Source: Pyrodictium abyssi
GTDB lineage: Archaea; Thermoproteota; Thermoprotei_A; Sulfolobales; Pyrodictiaceae
Length of the DNA: 32,000 nucleotides
Assembly (NCBI RefSeq): GCF_036323395.1
Contig: NZ_AP028907.1
Span: forward strand, 390,001-422,000
Reading direction: 5' to 3'
The notes under the pieces were generated by a model. The model was given only the letters and a program-made list of their open reading frames with translations, did no database searches and was not told the DNA's origin. This document shows positions 9,815-18,902 of this stretch, in pieces. The translations under genes and the position numbers were made by a program. Position 1 is the stretch's first letter. Every line of letters begins with the position of its first letter.

Positions 9815-11230
9815 CTACCCCGCCGTGCCGCCATACTCAGTATCCTGGGAGGGCTTGACCAGTAGGAGGGCATCATCCTTACCAACAACGACAACGCTGT
9901 CGCCACGGTGTAGCTCCTTGTCGCCGACGTTACGGGCCTGCCAGTACTCGCCCTCAACCATTACGAAGCCCGTGCCCCCCGGCGGGATGTTGTCCAAAGC
10001 ACGCCCCTTCTTGCCTACTAGGGAGGGTGTGTAGACGGGCTTCTGGCGCCACACCCTAGCAGCCTTGTAGACTATGACCATGGTGAGGCCTGCTAGTGGG
10101 ACGAGCACAGCCATAAGCGTGTAGAAGGCAGCCTTCATGCTCTCTCCTGCGAGGTACACCGGCCTACCGGTGAACATTATGAAGGCGCCTATGAGCATTA
10201 GCGCTATACCCGTGAACCCTACGACACCGAACCCCGGTATTACTGCAAGCTCTATTGCAAGCAGGACAATCCCTACAAGGAGTAGTGCGGCTGACACCAG
10301 GCTAGCACTAAGCCCGAAGCCAAAGAGGCCTACTAGCATCAATGCTATGCCAACCACTATGAATAGCGGGTGCCCCGAGGCAAGCGCGGCAAGGATTATC
10401 AGCATGGCTATGCTAGAAGCTATCGAGCTAACCAGAGGGTCCGAGAGTATGTGCGCGAGCCTGAGCCCAGGAGGCATATCGTAATACTCCACCTCGGGGT
10501 CAGTGAACACTAGTCTAACCGGACCGGTAGCCGTGTTAACCACAGTCCCGTTACTCTTCTCTATCATGTCCCACACGTTGTCAGCCACAGCCTCTACGAC
10601 GTGGAGCCTAACAGCATCCTGGGCATCGAGCACGAGGTTCTCGTAGACGAACAGCCTAGCCACAGTAGTATTACGGCCGTGCAGCTTCATACACGTCTCT
10701 ATCTTCTTGTAGATAGGGTTGAGTATCTTGGACTCGTTTATCGGCTTATACTCGCCAGAAGAGCTCATAGCTACGGGCTGGACAGCACCAATTATGGTAC
10801 CAGGCTCCATTGCGGCATAGTGTGTGCACATTAGTATCATGGTGCCAGCGCTTACAGCCCAACGGCCCTCCACAAGCCCGAGCACGGGTATACGCGACTC
10901 CTCTATCATCGTTATTATGTCCAAAGCAGCTTCTAGGCTGCCGCCAGGCGTGTCCAGCTCCATCACCAGAGCATCAGCAGACACGCTCTCAGCATAGCTT
11001 AGGGCCCGCTCCACGTAGTCGCGTATAGCGCCATCTATCACGCCGGTAACCCGGATGACGACGACGTGGCTTCTATCACTGCTAGCGGCATGAGCTACTA
11101 GTGGAAGTACAGCGAACACGAGGAGAACACACAGGATGATGCATAGCTGGCCGAGAGCAGTCAATAGTGGTGTCCCCGCATGTATATACCCGAGTAGGCC
11201 TGGACGCAAAAATACAGCCCAGCTTAGCAC
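9815..11230 (-). CDS. membrane-bound ClpP-class serine protease, long-form NfeD
   Basis: 471-aa ORF with a GTG start. It has a signal/TM segment, a ClpP-like domain (VIRVTGVIDGA...LDTPGGS...AVSAGT), a block of TM helices and a C-terminal NfeD OB-domain (GKKGRALDNIPPGGTGFVMVEGEYWQAR...GDSVVVVG). Confidence 0.85.
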   Translation of the reverse strand: MLSWAVFLRPGLLGYIHAGTPLLTALGQLCIILCVLLVFAVLPLVAHAASSDRSHVVVIRVTGVIDGAIRDYVERALSYAESVSADALVMELDTPGGSLEAALDIITMIEESRIPVLGLVEGRWAVSAGTMILMCTHYAAMEPGTIIGAVQPVAMSSSGEYKPINESKILNPIYKKIETCMKLHGRNTTVARLFVYENLVLDAQDAVRLHVVEAVADNVWDMIEKSNGTVVNTATGPVRLVFTDPEVEYYDMPPGLRLAHILSDPLVSSIASSIAMLIILAALASGHPLFIVVGIALMLVGLFGFGLSASLVSAALLLVGIVLLAIELAVIPGFGVVGFTGIALMLIGAFIMFTGRPVYLAGESMKAAFYTLMAVLVPLAGLTMVIVYKAARVWRQKPVYTPSLVGKKGRALDNIPPGGTGFVMVEGEYWQARNVGDKELHRGDSVVVVGKDDALLLVKPSQDTEYGGTAG

Positions 11231-11237
11231 TAGGGAC

Positions 11238-11525
11238 CTACCGCCACCCGGGCCTCCGGCCCCTGGACACTGCTCTGCGCAGGAACATGTAGGCCAGCAC
11301 CAGCAATGTCACCAGGACGGCTATCTTGACTAGGATTACTAGGACAGCTATAGCCAGCCTCGCGAGCATAAACACCACGGGGAGCGCGACGCCGCCAACG
11401 AAGGCGTATGTTATAGCTGTGCGTAGATCCCCTCCCTTCTGGATAGCGTAGATGAAGCCAAGTACCACGCCTATAGCCGCCACTACCTCTATCAGCAAGG
11501 TTCTCCACTTAGTACTCCCAGCCAC
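11238..11525 (-). CDS. small integral membrane protein (2-3 TM), hypothetical
   Basis: The track ORF 11238..11663 has a hydrophobic C-terminal about 95 aa (LIEVVAAIGVVLGFIYAI...LVILVKIAVLVTLLVLAYMFL). Its first 46 aa are H/Q/P-rich and not protein-like. I place the start at in-frame GTG 11525, but this is uncertain. The stop lies 7 nt before the nfeD start. Confidence 0.5.
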   Translation of the reverse strand: MAGSTKWRTLLIEVVAAIGVVLGFIYAIQKGGDLRTAITYAFVGGVALPVVFMLARLAIAVLVILVKIAVLVTLLVLAYMFLRRAVSRGRRPGWR

Positions 11526-11669
11526 TGGAAGGCTGTAAAACTGATGGCACTTGAGGCGAGAGGGCTGTAACTGGACTACGCTCTCTAGAATAGAATGAGG
11601 TAGCCGGGTACCGTGTGGCTGTGAAAAGGCGTGGGAACCGTGCAGTCCAGGCTCCTGTGTCACGGGGTG

Positions 11670-11873
11670 TTAGATGGTTACGCGGCGTGGCTCCCTCCGC
11701 GGGGCCAGCTCGAAGCCCGTGGGGTGTTCTGGTATACCCCAGAGCTCGCGTTTCAGAAGCTCCCGAACAGCTATCCTTATCGCCTCGCTACGGCTGCTAT
11801 ACCTGCCCATCTTGACTAGCTCGTCTAGACCCTCCAGGTAGGTTTCGGGCATCTTGACCGTTACGAGGCGCAT
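11670..11873 (-). CDS. ribbon-helix-helix (CopG/Arc-MetJ type) DNA-binding protein
   Basis: 67-aa ORF starting MRLVTVKMPETYLEGLDELVKMGRYSSRSEAIRIAVRELL, a typical RHH beta-strand plus two helices. The palindromic GGTTTAAACC (11916-11925) lies upstream. Confidence 0.75.
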   Translation of the reverse strand: MRLVTVKMPETYLEGLDELVKMGRYSSRSEAIRIAVRELLKRELWGIPEHPTGFELAPRREPRRVTI

Positions 11874-12111
11874 CTCTGCAGCTCACCGGAGTGAGCATAT
11901 GCTGTGTAGGGTAAGGTTTAAACCCCGGGGACCTGTGTTACCACTTCCACTGCTTCCCGTGCAGCGTGTAGAGTAGTGTGGAGCCCCGGCAGCCCTGTAA
12001 ACAACGGCGAGGAGTTGAAGCTGCCGCGTAGAGGCCGGGGGCAGATAGCTCTCCTAGTAGAGGCGCCCGGTGTTAAAGAGATGTGGTGGAGTGTGCTCCG
12101 CGTGGCTATGG

Positions 12112-12510
12112 CTAGATGTCCTCGGGGAAGAAGGGCGGCTTCTCCGCCAGGTTGATTATCGGGATCGCTATCCAGCCGGGCCTCGTGCCGCGTGAAACCT
12201 CTATGTGCTCCCCCTGGTCGTCCACCTTAACCAGTAGGTAGTTCCCGTCCCCTAGCTTGTTGTCGTCATCAAGGTAGTAGTACAGCATGGGGAGCCCGTA
12301 GAGCTTGTAGTAGTCGCGTAGCACGGCTATGATACCGTACACTTTGCCGCCGTTCTTCCCGGGGAACCTTACGAGGTACGCTGGCTGCCCCAGCGTCACT
12401 ATGCTCGCGGCTATCCTAGCCAAGTCCTTCAGAGAGTCCACTCTTACGGGTACGAGCCTCTCTCCCTGCCTATCATCGGGCAAGGGTTCCGGGCCCCCAG
12501 CCTGAGCCAC
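12112..12510 (-). CDS. conserved-looking hypothetical protein
   Basis: 132-aa ORF with ordinary amino-acid composition and no competing ORF. It is divergent from the GPN GTPase gene. No family recognised. Confidence 0.55.
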   Translation of the reverse strand: MAQAGGPEPLPDDRQGERLVPVRVDSLKDLARIAASIVTLGQPAYLVRFPGKNGGKVYGIIAVLRDYYKLYGLPMLYYYLDDDNKLGDGNYLLVKVDDQGEHIEVSRGTRPGWIAIPIINLAEKPPFFPEDI

Positions 12511-12636
12511 GAGTGTGGCAATAATAAGCGCTAGGCCTCTACGAGCCCCGCTAGGGGCCCTAATACATTACCCCCAGAGCCGCCTGGAGACGGGACCGGA
12601 GCCCGCGACGCCTCTGGGAGGGGTGCCAGGAGCTAC

Positions 12637-13431
12637 ATGTTCTTCATAGTGGTCGTAGGGCCGGCTGGTAGCGGCAAATCCCACCTAGTGGACGCTTTCG
12701 GCGACTGGCTAGAGTTCAACGAGCTGGGAGTCGCCAGGGTGAACCTAGACCCGGCGGTAGAGTGGCTGCCGTACGAGCCGGACGTGGATGTCCGTGAATA
12801 CGTGGACGCTAGGACGGTGATGAAGAAGCACCGTCTCGGGCCCAACGGCGCGCTCGTAGCCTCTATAGACATGCTGATAGACTATGTGGACAACATTAGG
12901 TCCGAGATAGAGGCTACCCAAGCCAACTACGTCCTAGTAGACACGCCGGGCCAGATGGAGCTCTTCGCCTTCCGCGACACAGGGCCCTACGTTATCCGCG
13001 AGATAATAGGCGATAGCCGCGCCGCAACACTCTTCATATTCGACGCTGTGTTCGCCTCGAACCCGCGTAGCCTAGCCTCTAGCCTCTTCCTCGCCCTCTC
13101 TGCCAGGATAAGGCTGGGGCTCCCCCAGGTAAACGCCGTGTCCAAGGCGGACCTGCTGCAGCCAGAGCAGATGGACGAGATAGAGGAGCAGGTAAACAGC
13201 CCAGAGAACCTCTACAACGCGCTAGTAGCCAAGGGCATGGACCCCCTAATGGCGGAGGCGGCGGCCAAGACCCTCGAGGCCCTCGCGCCGGAGGGCTCCA
13301 CGGCGCCAGCAGCTCTACGCTTCGTATCAGCACTCTCCGGCTACGGGCTAGACGACATCTACGCAGCACTACAGCAGGTGCTCGCGGGCGGCGAGGACTT
13401 CTACACCGAGGAGCCTAGCCCACGCCACTAG
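12637..13431 (+). CDS. GPN-loop GTPase
   Basis: 264-aa ORF with Walker A VVVGPAGSGKS, the diagnostic GPNGA motif (RLGPNGALV), DTPGQMELF and SKADL motifs. Confidence 0.9.
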   Translation: MFFIVVVGPAGSGKSHLVDAFGDWLEFNELGVARVNLDPAVEWLPYEPDVDVREYVDARTVMKKHRLGPNGALVASIDMLIDYVDNIRSEIEATQANYVLVDTPGQMELFAFRDTGPYVIREIIGDSRAATLFIFDAVFASNPRSLASSLFLALSARIRLGLPQVNAVSKADLLQPEQMDEIEEQVNSPENLYNALVAKGMDPLMAEAAAKTLEALAPEGSTAPAALRFVSALSGYGLDDIYAALQQVLAGGEDFYTEEPSPRH

Positions 13432-13874
13432 AGATTTTGCAGCGAATGGGGCTCAGACCTCTCCGCATCCATTATGTGTACAACCATGTACCCCATCCCG
13501 GCCAGCGTATCTGCTATGAACCTGCGGTGGCAGCGCCGCCAGTACCTCTCCCGGCACATAACAGCCACATGGCCCTCCTCGGCCTCTATTATCTCCACCA
13601 GCCGGGCTATCCCCTTCCGGTAGCCCTCCGTGGCCATGTACGCCTCGTAGCTGCCCGGCCTGAAGCCCCCGAGCAGGCCGCCTAGCCACGTATACCTCAG
13701 CCCATACCGCGGCAGCGTCTCCTCTAGCACGTTCCTGTTGAACCATGGGACTCGCCGGCTCCCCGGAAACCTCCTTGCGTCGACCACGTGGGCTACACGG
13801 TAGAGCTTGAGAATCGATATAAGCTCCCCTAGGGTGCGGTTGCTATGGCCTATAGTGTATACAGTCCTCGTCAC
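13428..13874 (-). CDS. DUF488 family protein
   Basis: It has the VYTIGHSNRTLGELI N-terminal signature and the C-terminal MCRERYWRRCHRRFIA motif of DUF488. I prefer GTG 13874, 5 nt after the upstream gene's stop. The track start 13934 would overlap that gene by 56 nt. Confidence 0.75.
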   Translation of the reverse strand: MTRTVYTIGHSNRTLGELISILKLYRVAHVVDARRFPGSRRVPWFNRNVLEETLPRYGLRYTWLGGLLGGFRPGSYEAYMATEGYRKGIARLVEIIEAEEGHVAVMCRERYWRRCHRRFIADTLAGMGYMVVHIMDAERSEPHSLQNL

Positions 13875-13878
13875 CGCC

Positions 13879-14787
13879 CTAGTCCCCGATACATGTGAAT
13901 GCAGTCTCCACAGCCTCTGTCGCACTTCTAGCAAACACGTATATCACTGGCTCCAGGCTGTGGCCCCCCAGATCAGCTATAGCGTCTATGGGGCCGCTAG
14001 TCTTATCGAGCACCGAGGCTATATCGTCTAAGAGCCTCTTAGGCTCGTCGTGAGGCCCAGCCTCTACCACCTTTAGGCCTTTCTTACGGAGCTTCTCTAC
14101 GCAAGTGGGGCTATACGCTATGACTACTACGGCTCTACGGCTTGGCAACCTCTTCTTTACGAGGAGGAGTATGCTGGCAGTATGCCTACTGCCCCCGTAG
14201 GCAGGTCTGCCGACAGCAACCACCTGGTTGCCGGCCCGTACTAGAGCGCCGGTAAGACCAACAGTCTCGAGTATTGATGATGCGTCCGGCTTTGCAGCCA
14301 CTATGTTCGAGCCCACGTTTGGTATTAGCTTCTCCGCGCCAGGGGTCGAGGTGAGCAGCCTAACCGCCTCCTCGACTTCGAGGACCAGCGGGTCGCTCCC
14401 GGGCTGGAACAATGTGCTACAGATACTACAGTCACGTGGCAGCCTATTGTCGACACGGTAGTGAAGGCTGCACAGCGCGCCGCGCAGGAGCAGGTTGTTG
14501 ACGTAGCTTGTGAAGAGCGAGAAGTAGCTGCCATAGTCGCTCCGCATGAGCTGAGATGCTAGGACCTCGGCTACTGCCCAGGCCTCGTCGCGTGGTGCTC
14601 CAGCATCCTCCAGCTCTCTTAGGAGCTCCTCGGGGCTCTTCCTAAGGTACTTGCTTACCATGGGCTGTGATACGCCGAGGAGCCGTGCTATCCTCTCCTG
14701 GCCCATGCCTTTTTCTCGCAGCATCCTAGCGACCAGCGCCTTGAGCGGGGGCACTATGTAGCGTGCAGCGAGCTCATGGGGCAGCAA
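13879..14787 (-). CDS. HTH + ThiN-domain protein (ThiR-like thiamine regulator or ThiN thiamine-phosphate synthase)
   Basis: 302-aa ORF with a TTG start. The N-terminal HTH reads GMGQERIARLLGVSQPMVSKYLRK. The C-terminal region (IPNVGSNIVAAKPDA...VGRPAYGGSRHTASILL) resembles archaeal ThiN domains. This assignment is from memory of the family, not a search. Confidence 0.6.
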   Translation of the reverse strand: MLPHELAARYIVPPLKALVARMLREKGMGQERIARLLGVSQPMVSKYLRKSPEELLRELEDAGAPRDEAWAVAEVLASQLMRSDYGSYFSLFTSYVNNLLLRGALCSLHYRVDNRLPRDCSICSTLFQPGSDPLVLEVEEAVRLLTSTPGAEKLIPNVGSNIVAAKPDASSILETVGLTGALVRAGNQVVAVGRPAYGGSRHTASILLLVKKRLPSRRAVVVIAYSPTCVEKLRKKGLKVVEAGPHDEPKRLLDDIASVLDKTSGPIDAIADLGGHSLEPVIYVFARSATEAVETAFTCIGD

Positions 14788-15013
14788 TGTGTTCTATCCT
14801 CTACGACGCTGTAGCGGAGGAGCAACTCAATGTGCCTGCCAGGTAGTTACATACGCCCCGTCTTCCCTAAAGAGATGTGCGCCGCCAGCAGGGGGCTGAG
14901 CGCCGCATCCCTATGCTGAAGCGGCTAGCTATGCCCCGTCAATGAAGGCTGCAGAATGTTCTCTAAACCCTGGCATGCTGCTGCTAGCAGCCTAGTGGGG
15001 GTGCGCGTCTAGA

Positions 15014-16246
15014 ATGCCGCGCATACTAACAGACACGGCTACCGATGAGCTGAAGAAGTACATCCTCGAACTGTATAACCGCTTCATACCCGCCAGGGCT
15101 GTGCCCCCGGACCTCGGCGGCCCCGGCGAGCTGAAGCGTGCGGAAGTGCTTGAAGAGGAGCTAAACAAGCTAGGCCTAAAAGTGGAAAGAGTAGAAGCTC
15201 ATGATCCCCGCGCCGAGGGCGGTGTCAGGCCCAACATCCTCGCCATACTACCGGGGCGCGACACGAGCCGCACGCTATGGGTGGTAGCACACCTGGACAC
15301 AGTCCCCGAGGGCGACCGTGGGCTCTGGAAGACAGACCCCTACACGGTGGTGGTCGACGGCGACAAGGTGTACGGGAGGGGTGTCGAAGACAACGGCCAA
15401 GGAATAGTCCTAGCCCTCGCGGCGGCACGTTACCTAGCCGTGAACGGTCTCGAGCCCCGCGTAAACCTCGGGATAGCACTCGTGAGCGACGAGGAGACGG
15501 GGAGCCGCTACGGCCTGCAATATCTGCTGGAGAAGGGTGTGTTCGGCAGCCCTGAGACCGACTGGTTCCTAGTCCCGGATGCCGGTAGCCCGGACGGCTC
15601 CAAGGTCATAGTGGCCGAGAAGCACATAGCCTGGATAAAGGTCACCGTCAAGGGCCGGCAGACCCATGCCAGTATGCCGCATACGGGGCTGAACGCGCAC
15701 CGTCTCGGCATGATGTTCAACCTGGAGCTGGACACTATCCTCCACACAAGGTTCACAAGGTTCAACGAGATATTCGAGCCGCCAGTCTCCACTTTCGAGC
15801 CGACAAAGAAGGAGTCTAATGTAGGCAACGTGAACACGATACCTGGCGTTGATACCGTTTACTGGGACATGAGGATACTACCCGACTACACCATAGAAGA
15901 TGTGCTAGACGTGGTGAGAGCAGCGGCCTACAACTTCTCGGCGAGGACAGGGGCACAAGTAGAGGTGGAGCCAGTTGCGCTAGACGAGGCCGGCAAACCG
16001 ACTGACACGAGCCATGACTTCGTCAAGGGGTTCCTAGAAGCTATACACGAGACGAGAGGCATAGAGCCAAGGGCCATAGGCATAGGCGGCGGCACTGTAG
16101 CCAGGTACCTACGTAGGCACGGGTACCAGGCCCTCGTCTGGATGACGTGCGACGAGACTGCTCACCAGCCCAACGAGTACACAAGGCTCAGCTACATAGT
16201 GGCTGATGTAGATACACTCCTACACTATCTGCTCAACAAGGCATAG
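15014..16246 (+). CDS. M20 family metallohydrolase (ArgE/DapE/peptidase-like)
   Basis: 410-aa ORF with metal ligand motifs AHLDTVP, GVEDNGQG and SDEETGS, plus a C-terminal catalytic-domain return. Confidence 0.85.
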   Translation: MPRILTDTATDELKKYILELYNRFIPARAVPPDLGGPGELKRAEVLEEELNKLGLKVERVEAHDPRAEGGVRPNILAILPGRDTSRTLWVVAHLDTVPEGDRGLWKTDPYTVVVDGDKVYGRGVEDNGQGIVLALAAARYLAVNGLEPRVNLGIALVSDEETGSRYGLQYLLEKGVFGSPETDWFLVPDAGSPDGSKVIVAEKHIAWIKVTVKGRQTHASMPHTGLNAHRLGMMFNLELDTILHTRFTRFNEIFEPPVSTFEPTKKESNVGNVNTIPGVDTVYWDMRILPDYTIEDVLDVVRAAAYNFSARTGAQVEVEPVALDEAGKPTDTSHDFVKGFLEAIHETRGIEPRAIGIGGGTVARYLRRHGYQALVWMTCDETAHQPNEYTRLSYIVADVDTLLHYLLNKA

Positions 16247-16329
16247 CCTATGCCTGGCTATCCTCTTTTCAACTGCCCGGGAGCGTAGGCCGGTTAGCCC
16301 GGGGGTCGGCCATAGCGGGCGGAGCATCG

Positions 16330-16842
16330 GTGAGACTCAGGCTAGATAGCTCCAAGTACTTCAGCATACCATACAGCGTGTTCGACGTCCTCCTGCAGAT
16401 GAGGGGCGCCATAGACCCCGACTCCGGGCAGATAGTGTGCCACTTCTACACGCTTGGCGTAGCCGTGCTCGAGACGGAGGAGGCCTCGGTGCCGGTAATA
16501 GTGATCGAGGGCTGCCTCCTAGCCACCTTCGGGAAGGAGAACGTGGAGACAGTGCTCAGGATGGGCGACGCTGTCGAGGTGAGCGAGTTCCGGGTCAGCC
16601 GTGGCCGCGTAGCGGTAGGCGACTTGGAGATAGACCACTACTGGGGCCTAGCAGCAATAGCATACGCGGGAGAAACCGGCGCGGACGTGAAGCTGTACAA
16701 GCTCCGCCTAGCGGTCGACGGCGAGGACGCGCCCGTAGCAGCTATACTAGTCGACCCGACCGACGCAGGGCCAATGCTCATGCTGCTGCCCAAGTCCTGC
16801 GAGTACATAGAGGAGCAGGAGCAGCCCCCAACACACATGTAG
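16330..16842 (+). CDS. hypothetical protein
   Basis: 170-aa ORF with a GTG start and acidic, ordinary composition. The overlapping 16437..16910 frame is Arg/Gly-rich and looks spurious. No family recognised. Confidence 0.45.
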   Translation: MRLRLDSSKYFSIPYSVFDVLLQMRGAIDPDSGQIVCHFYTLGVAVLETEEASVPVIVIEGCLLATFGKENVETVLRMGDAVEVSEFRVSRGRVAVGDLEIDHYWGLAAIAYAGETGADVKLYKLRLAVDGEDAPVAAILVDPTDAGPMLMLLPKSCEYIEEQEQPPTHM

Positions 16843-16859
16843 AGCAGCAGGCCCGAGGG

Positions 16860-17681
16860 CTACCCGCCTTGGGCCCCGGGGCTCCTTCTGCATGTTTTGC
16901 AGCCGCATAGCACTTCAAGAGCCTCCTCCTCCATAGGGTGGAGCCTCGGCGCCGTCACCACGAGGCTATGGGGCGGTGGCGGGTACTCGGCAGCCGCGAC
17001 CTCGTCTACGCTGCCCGCTATGCAGCGCTGCTCGCTAGTACCAGCCCTTGCAACGCCAACGACAATCACGCGGGGAAGCTCGGGCTCCCTATGCTCCTCA
17101 GCCGCCAGCTCCTCCTCAAGCTCCAGCAGTATACGGATGGCCTCCGGGACGGTCATTGCGCGGCCAGCGTCGAGCCGGAGGTCTAGGAGGACTAGCGTGT
17201 GGAGTCCTCTCTCGCGGTTGGCCCAGATAGCCTCGACGGTGCTGTAGGGCTTGAACCCTTCCTCCGGGTATACGAGGGTCACAGTCTTCCCGAAGCGGTA
17301 GACCTGCAGGCCCGTAGCGTCTACCACAGCCTGCAGGCCGGAGACGCCAGGCACCACGTGTGCCTCCACGCCGCGTCTACGCGCCTCGACGAGGAGCGCT
17401 ATATGGGTGGTAGCGTGGAGCGGGTCGCCCGGCACAAGCAGCACAATGGTCTTCTCACGGGCCTCCTGGATTAGCTTGTCGGCCTCGTCCTCTAGAAGGC
17501 GGCGTGGCGCCTCGACAACCTCCGCTCGGGGGTTTAGCCGCCTGACTAGCTCCCGGTCGACGCCCGGTGCGATGCTGGTGTAGGTGTCCAGGTAGACCTT
17601 ATCGGCGGCCCCTATGACCTGTATGGCCTTTAGGCTGAGGTACTCCGAGGAGACCCCAGCGCCGACTATGTAGAGCGTCAT
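16860..17681 (-). CDS. dphB: diphthine synthase
   Basis: 273-aa ORF starting MTLYIVGAGVSSEYLSLKAIQVIGAADKVYLDTYTS and containing LVPGDPLHATTH. This is the tetrapyrrole-methylase fold typical of Dph5/DphB. Confidence 0.9.
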   Translation of the reverse strand: MTLYIVGAGVSSEYLSLKAIQVIGAADKVYLDTYTSIAPGVDRELVRRLNPRAEVVEAPRRLLEDEADKLIQEAREKTIVLLVPGDPLHATTHIALLVEARRRGVEAHVVPGVSGLQAVVDATGLQVYRFGKTVTLVYPEEGFKPYSTVEAIWANRERGLHTLVLLDLRLDAGRAMTVPEAIRILLELEEELAAEEHREPELPRVIVVGVARAGTSEQRCIAGSVDEVAAAEYPPPPHSLVVTAPRLHPMEEEALEVLCGCKTCRRSPGAQGG

Positions 17682-17701
17682 CCCAGGACCCCCAGGAGCG
17701 C

Positions 17702-18859
17702 CTAGTCTAGGCCGTAGTAGCTCCTAGCCTTCTCGGCCAGGCTGCCGACCGCTATGTAGTCGAATATCGTGCCACTACTCTCCCGGAGCCTCAGCGCGTC
17801 CACTATCCAGCTATACCTGCCCCCGGCGAGCCCGTTGGCGAGCAACGCGGCCCCAAGCGCCGCCTCCTTGGCTGTGCCCTTGTAGCTGAGCCCCGTGACC
17901 TCTATGTCCAGCTTCAAGAGCACTGGCGCGAGCTTCTCCCCTAGTGCTCGGCGGAAGGGCTCTACGCGCCACCAGCGCCCCGTCACATACACGCGGCGGG
18001 GCGTGGCAACGGCTAGCAGCGCGAGCACGTCCTTTGCAGCAGCCTCTGCCAGCGCCTCTATAGCCTCTCGTGCGCGCGCGTCGCCCCCGGCAGCCCTCTC
18101 GGCTACCGCGTCGGGCCCGGGTGGGGGCCACGAGTCTCCGAGGAGCGATGCTGCGCCTCCCTCGAATAGCCTCTCCTTGCTGAACCCAGGCTCCGTGAAC
18201 GCGGCCAGGTAGGCCAGCTCCGAGTCCCAGGCGCCAGCGCCCATGTAGCCTGTGAAGCCCGCGGAGCCGCCTATCCCGTCGACTATACGGCCGGACTCGA
18301 CTGCTATGGCGGCGGTGTACGCGTAGCCCACCTCCAGCACTATGAAGTCGGCCTCTTCTACGGGTGTGCCCCTGTCCTCCACCTCTTCGCGCAGCGCCGC
18401 GGCCACAGAGTAGACCTTGTCGCTGGTACCCATGTCTATCCTGTTAAGCTTACGCCACCGGGGAACAGTCGAGAGATGCACCACGCCAGGCGTAAACCAG
18501 ACGGGCAGGCCGCTCTCGGCGAGGAGCATCATAGCCCGGCGGAGGCCTAGGATGCGGAGCCCCCGCTCCTCGTCAGCACGGTGTATGAAAGTAGCAGCCC
18601 TTATCTCGGCCTCGGTGGCCTCCTGGGCCCGCTTCAGCGGCACGCCATAGCCGCTAGACATGACTATAGACGAGACGCCCTCCTCTACGAGCTTCTCTAG
18701 CTTCTCGACCACGATGCTCGGCTGTTCCACCACTAGGCGCCTGGGTATAGCCTCCTCGTAGAAGACCCGGAACCCGTCGCCCACCTCCTCTATCGCTACT
18801 ATGTCAACGCTATACGTGCCCGAGTCGACGCCAGCACTCCTAAGCCCAGCCAAGGCCAA
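17702..18859 (-). CDS. ASKHA-fold (acetate/sugar kinase-like) protein, DUF1464-like
   Basis: 385-aa ORF with a TTG start. An N-terminal phosphate-1-like GVDSGTYSVDIV and a later DMGTSDKV / GGSAGFTGYMGAG pattern fit an actin-like ATPase fold. The family name is from memory. Confidence 0.55.
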   Translation of the reverse strand: MALAGLRSAGVDSGTYSVDIVAIEEVGDGFRVFYEEAIPRRLVVEQPSIVVEKLEKLVEEGVSSIVMSSGYGVPLKRAQEATEAEIRAATFIHRADEERGLRILGLRRAMMLLAESGLPVWFTPGVVHLSTVPRWRKLNRIDMGTSDKVYSVAAALREEVEDRGTPVEEADFIVLEVGYAYTAAIAVESGRIVDGIGGSAGFTGYMGAGAWDSELAYLAAFTEPGFSKERLFEGGAASLLGDSWPPPGPDAVAERAAGGDARAREAIEALAEAAAKDVLALLAVATPRRVYVTGRWWRVEPFRRALGEKLAPVLLKLDIEVTGLSYKGTAKEAALGAALLANGLAGGRYSWIVDALRLRESSGTIFDYIAVGSLAEKARSYYGLD

Positions 18860-18902
18860 TCAGGCCCCCGGCATGTAGTACAATCATGTAGTAGAAACGT
18901 GG

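Noticed and set aside
11521-11610. Second C/D box sRNA (CUGAUGG ... AAUGAGG motifs) on the plus strand.
   Set aside because: The boxes are doubly mismatched. There is no CUGA D box at the 12-nt spacing and no terminal stem.
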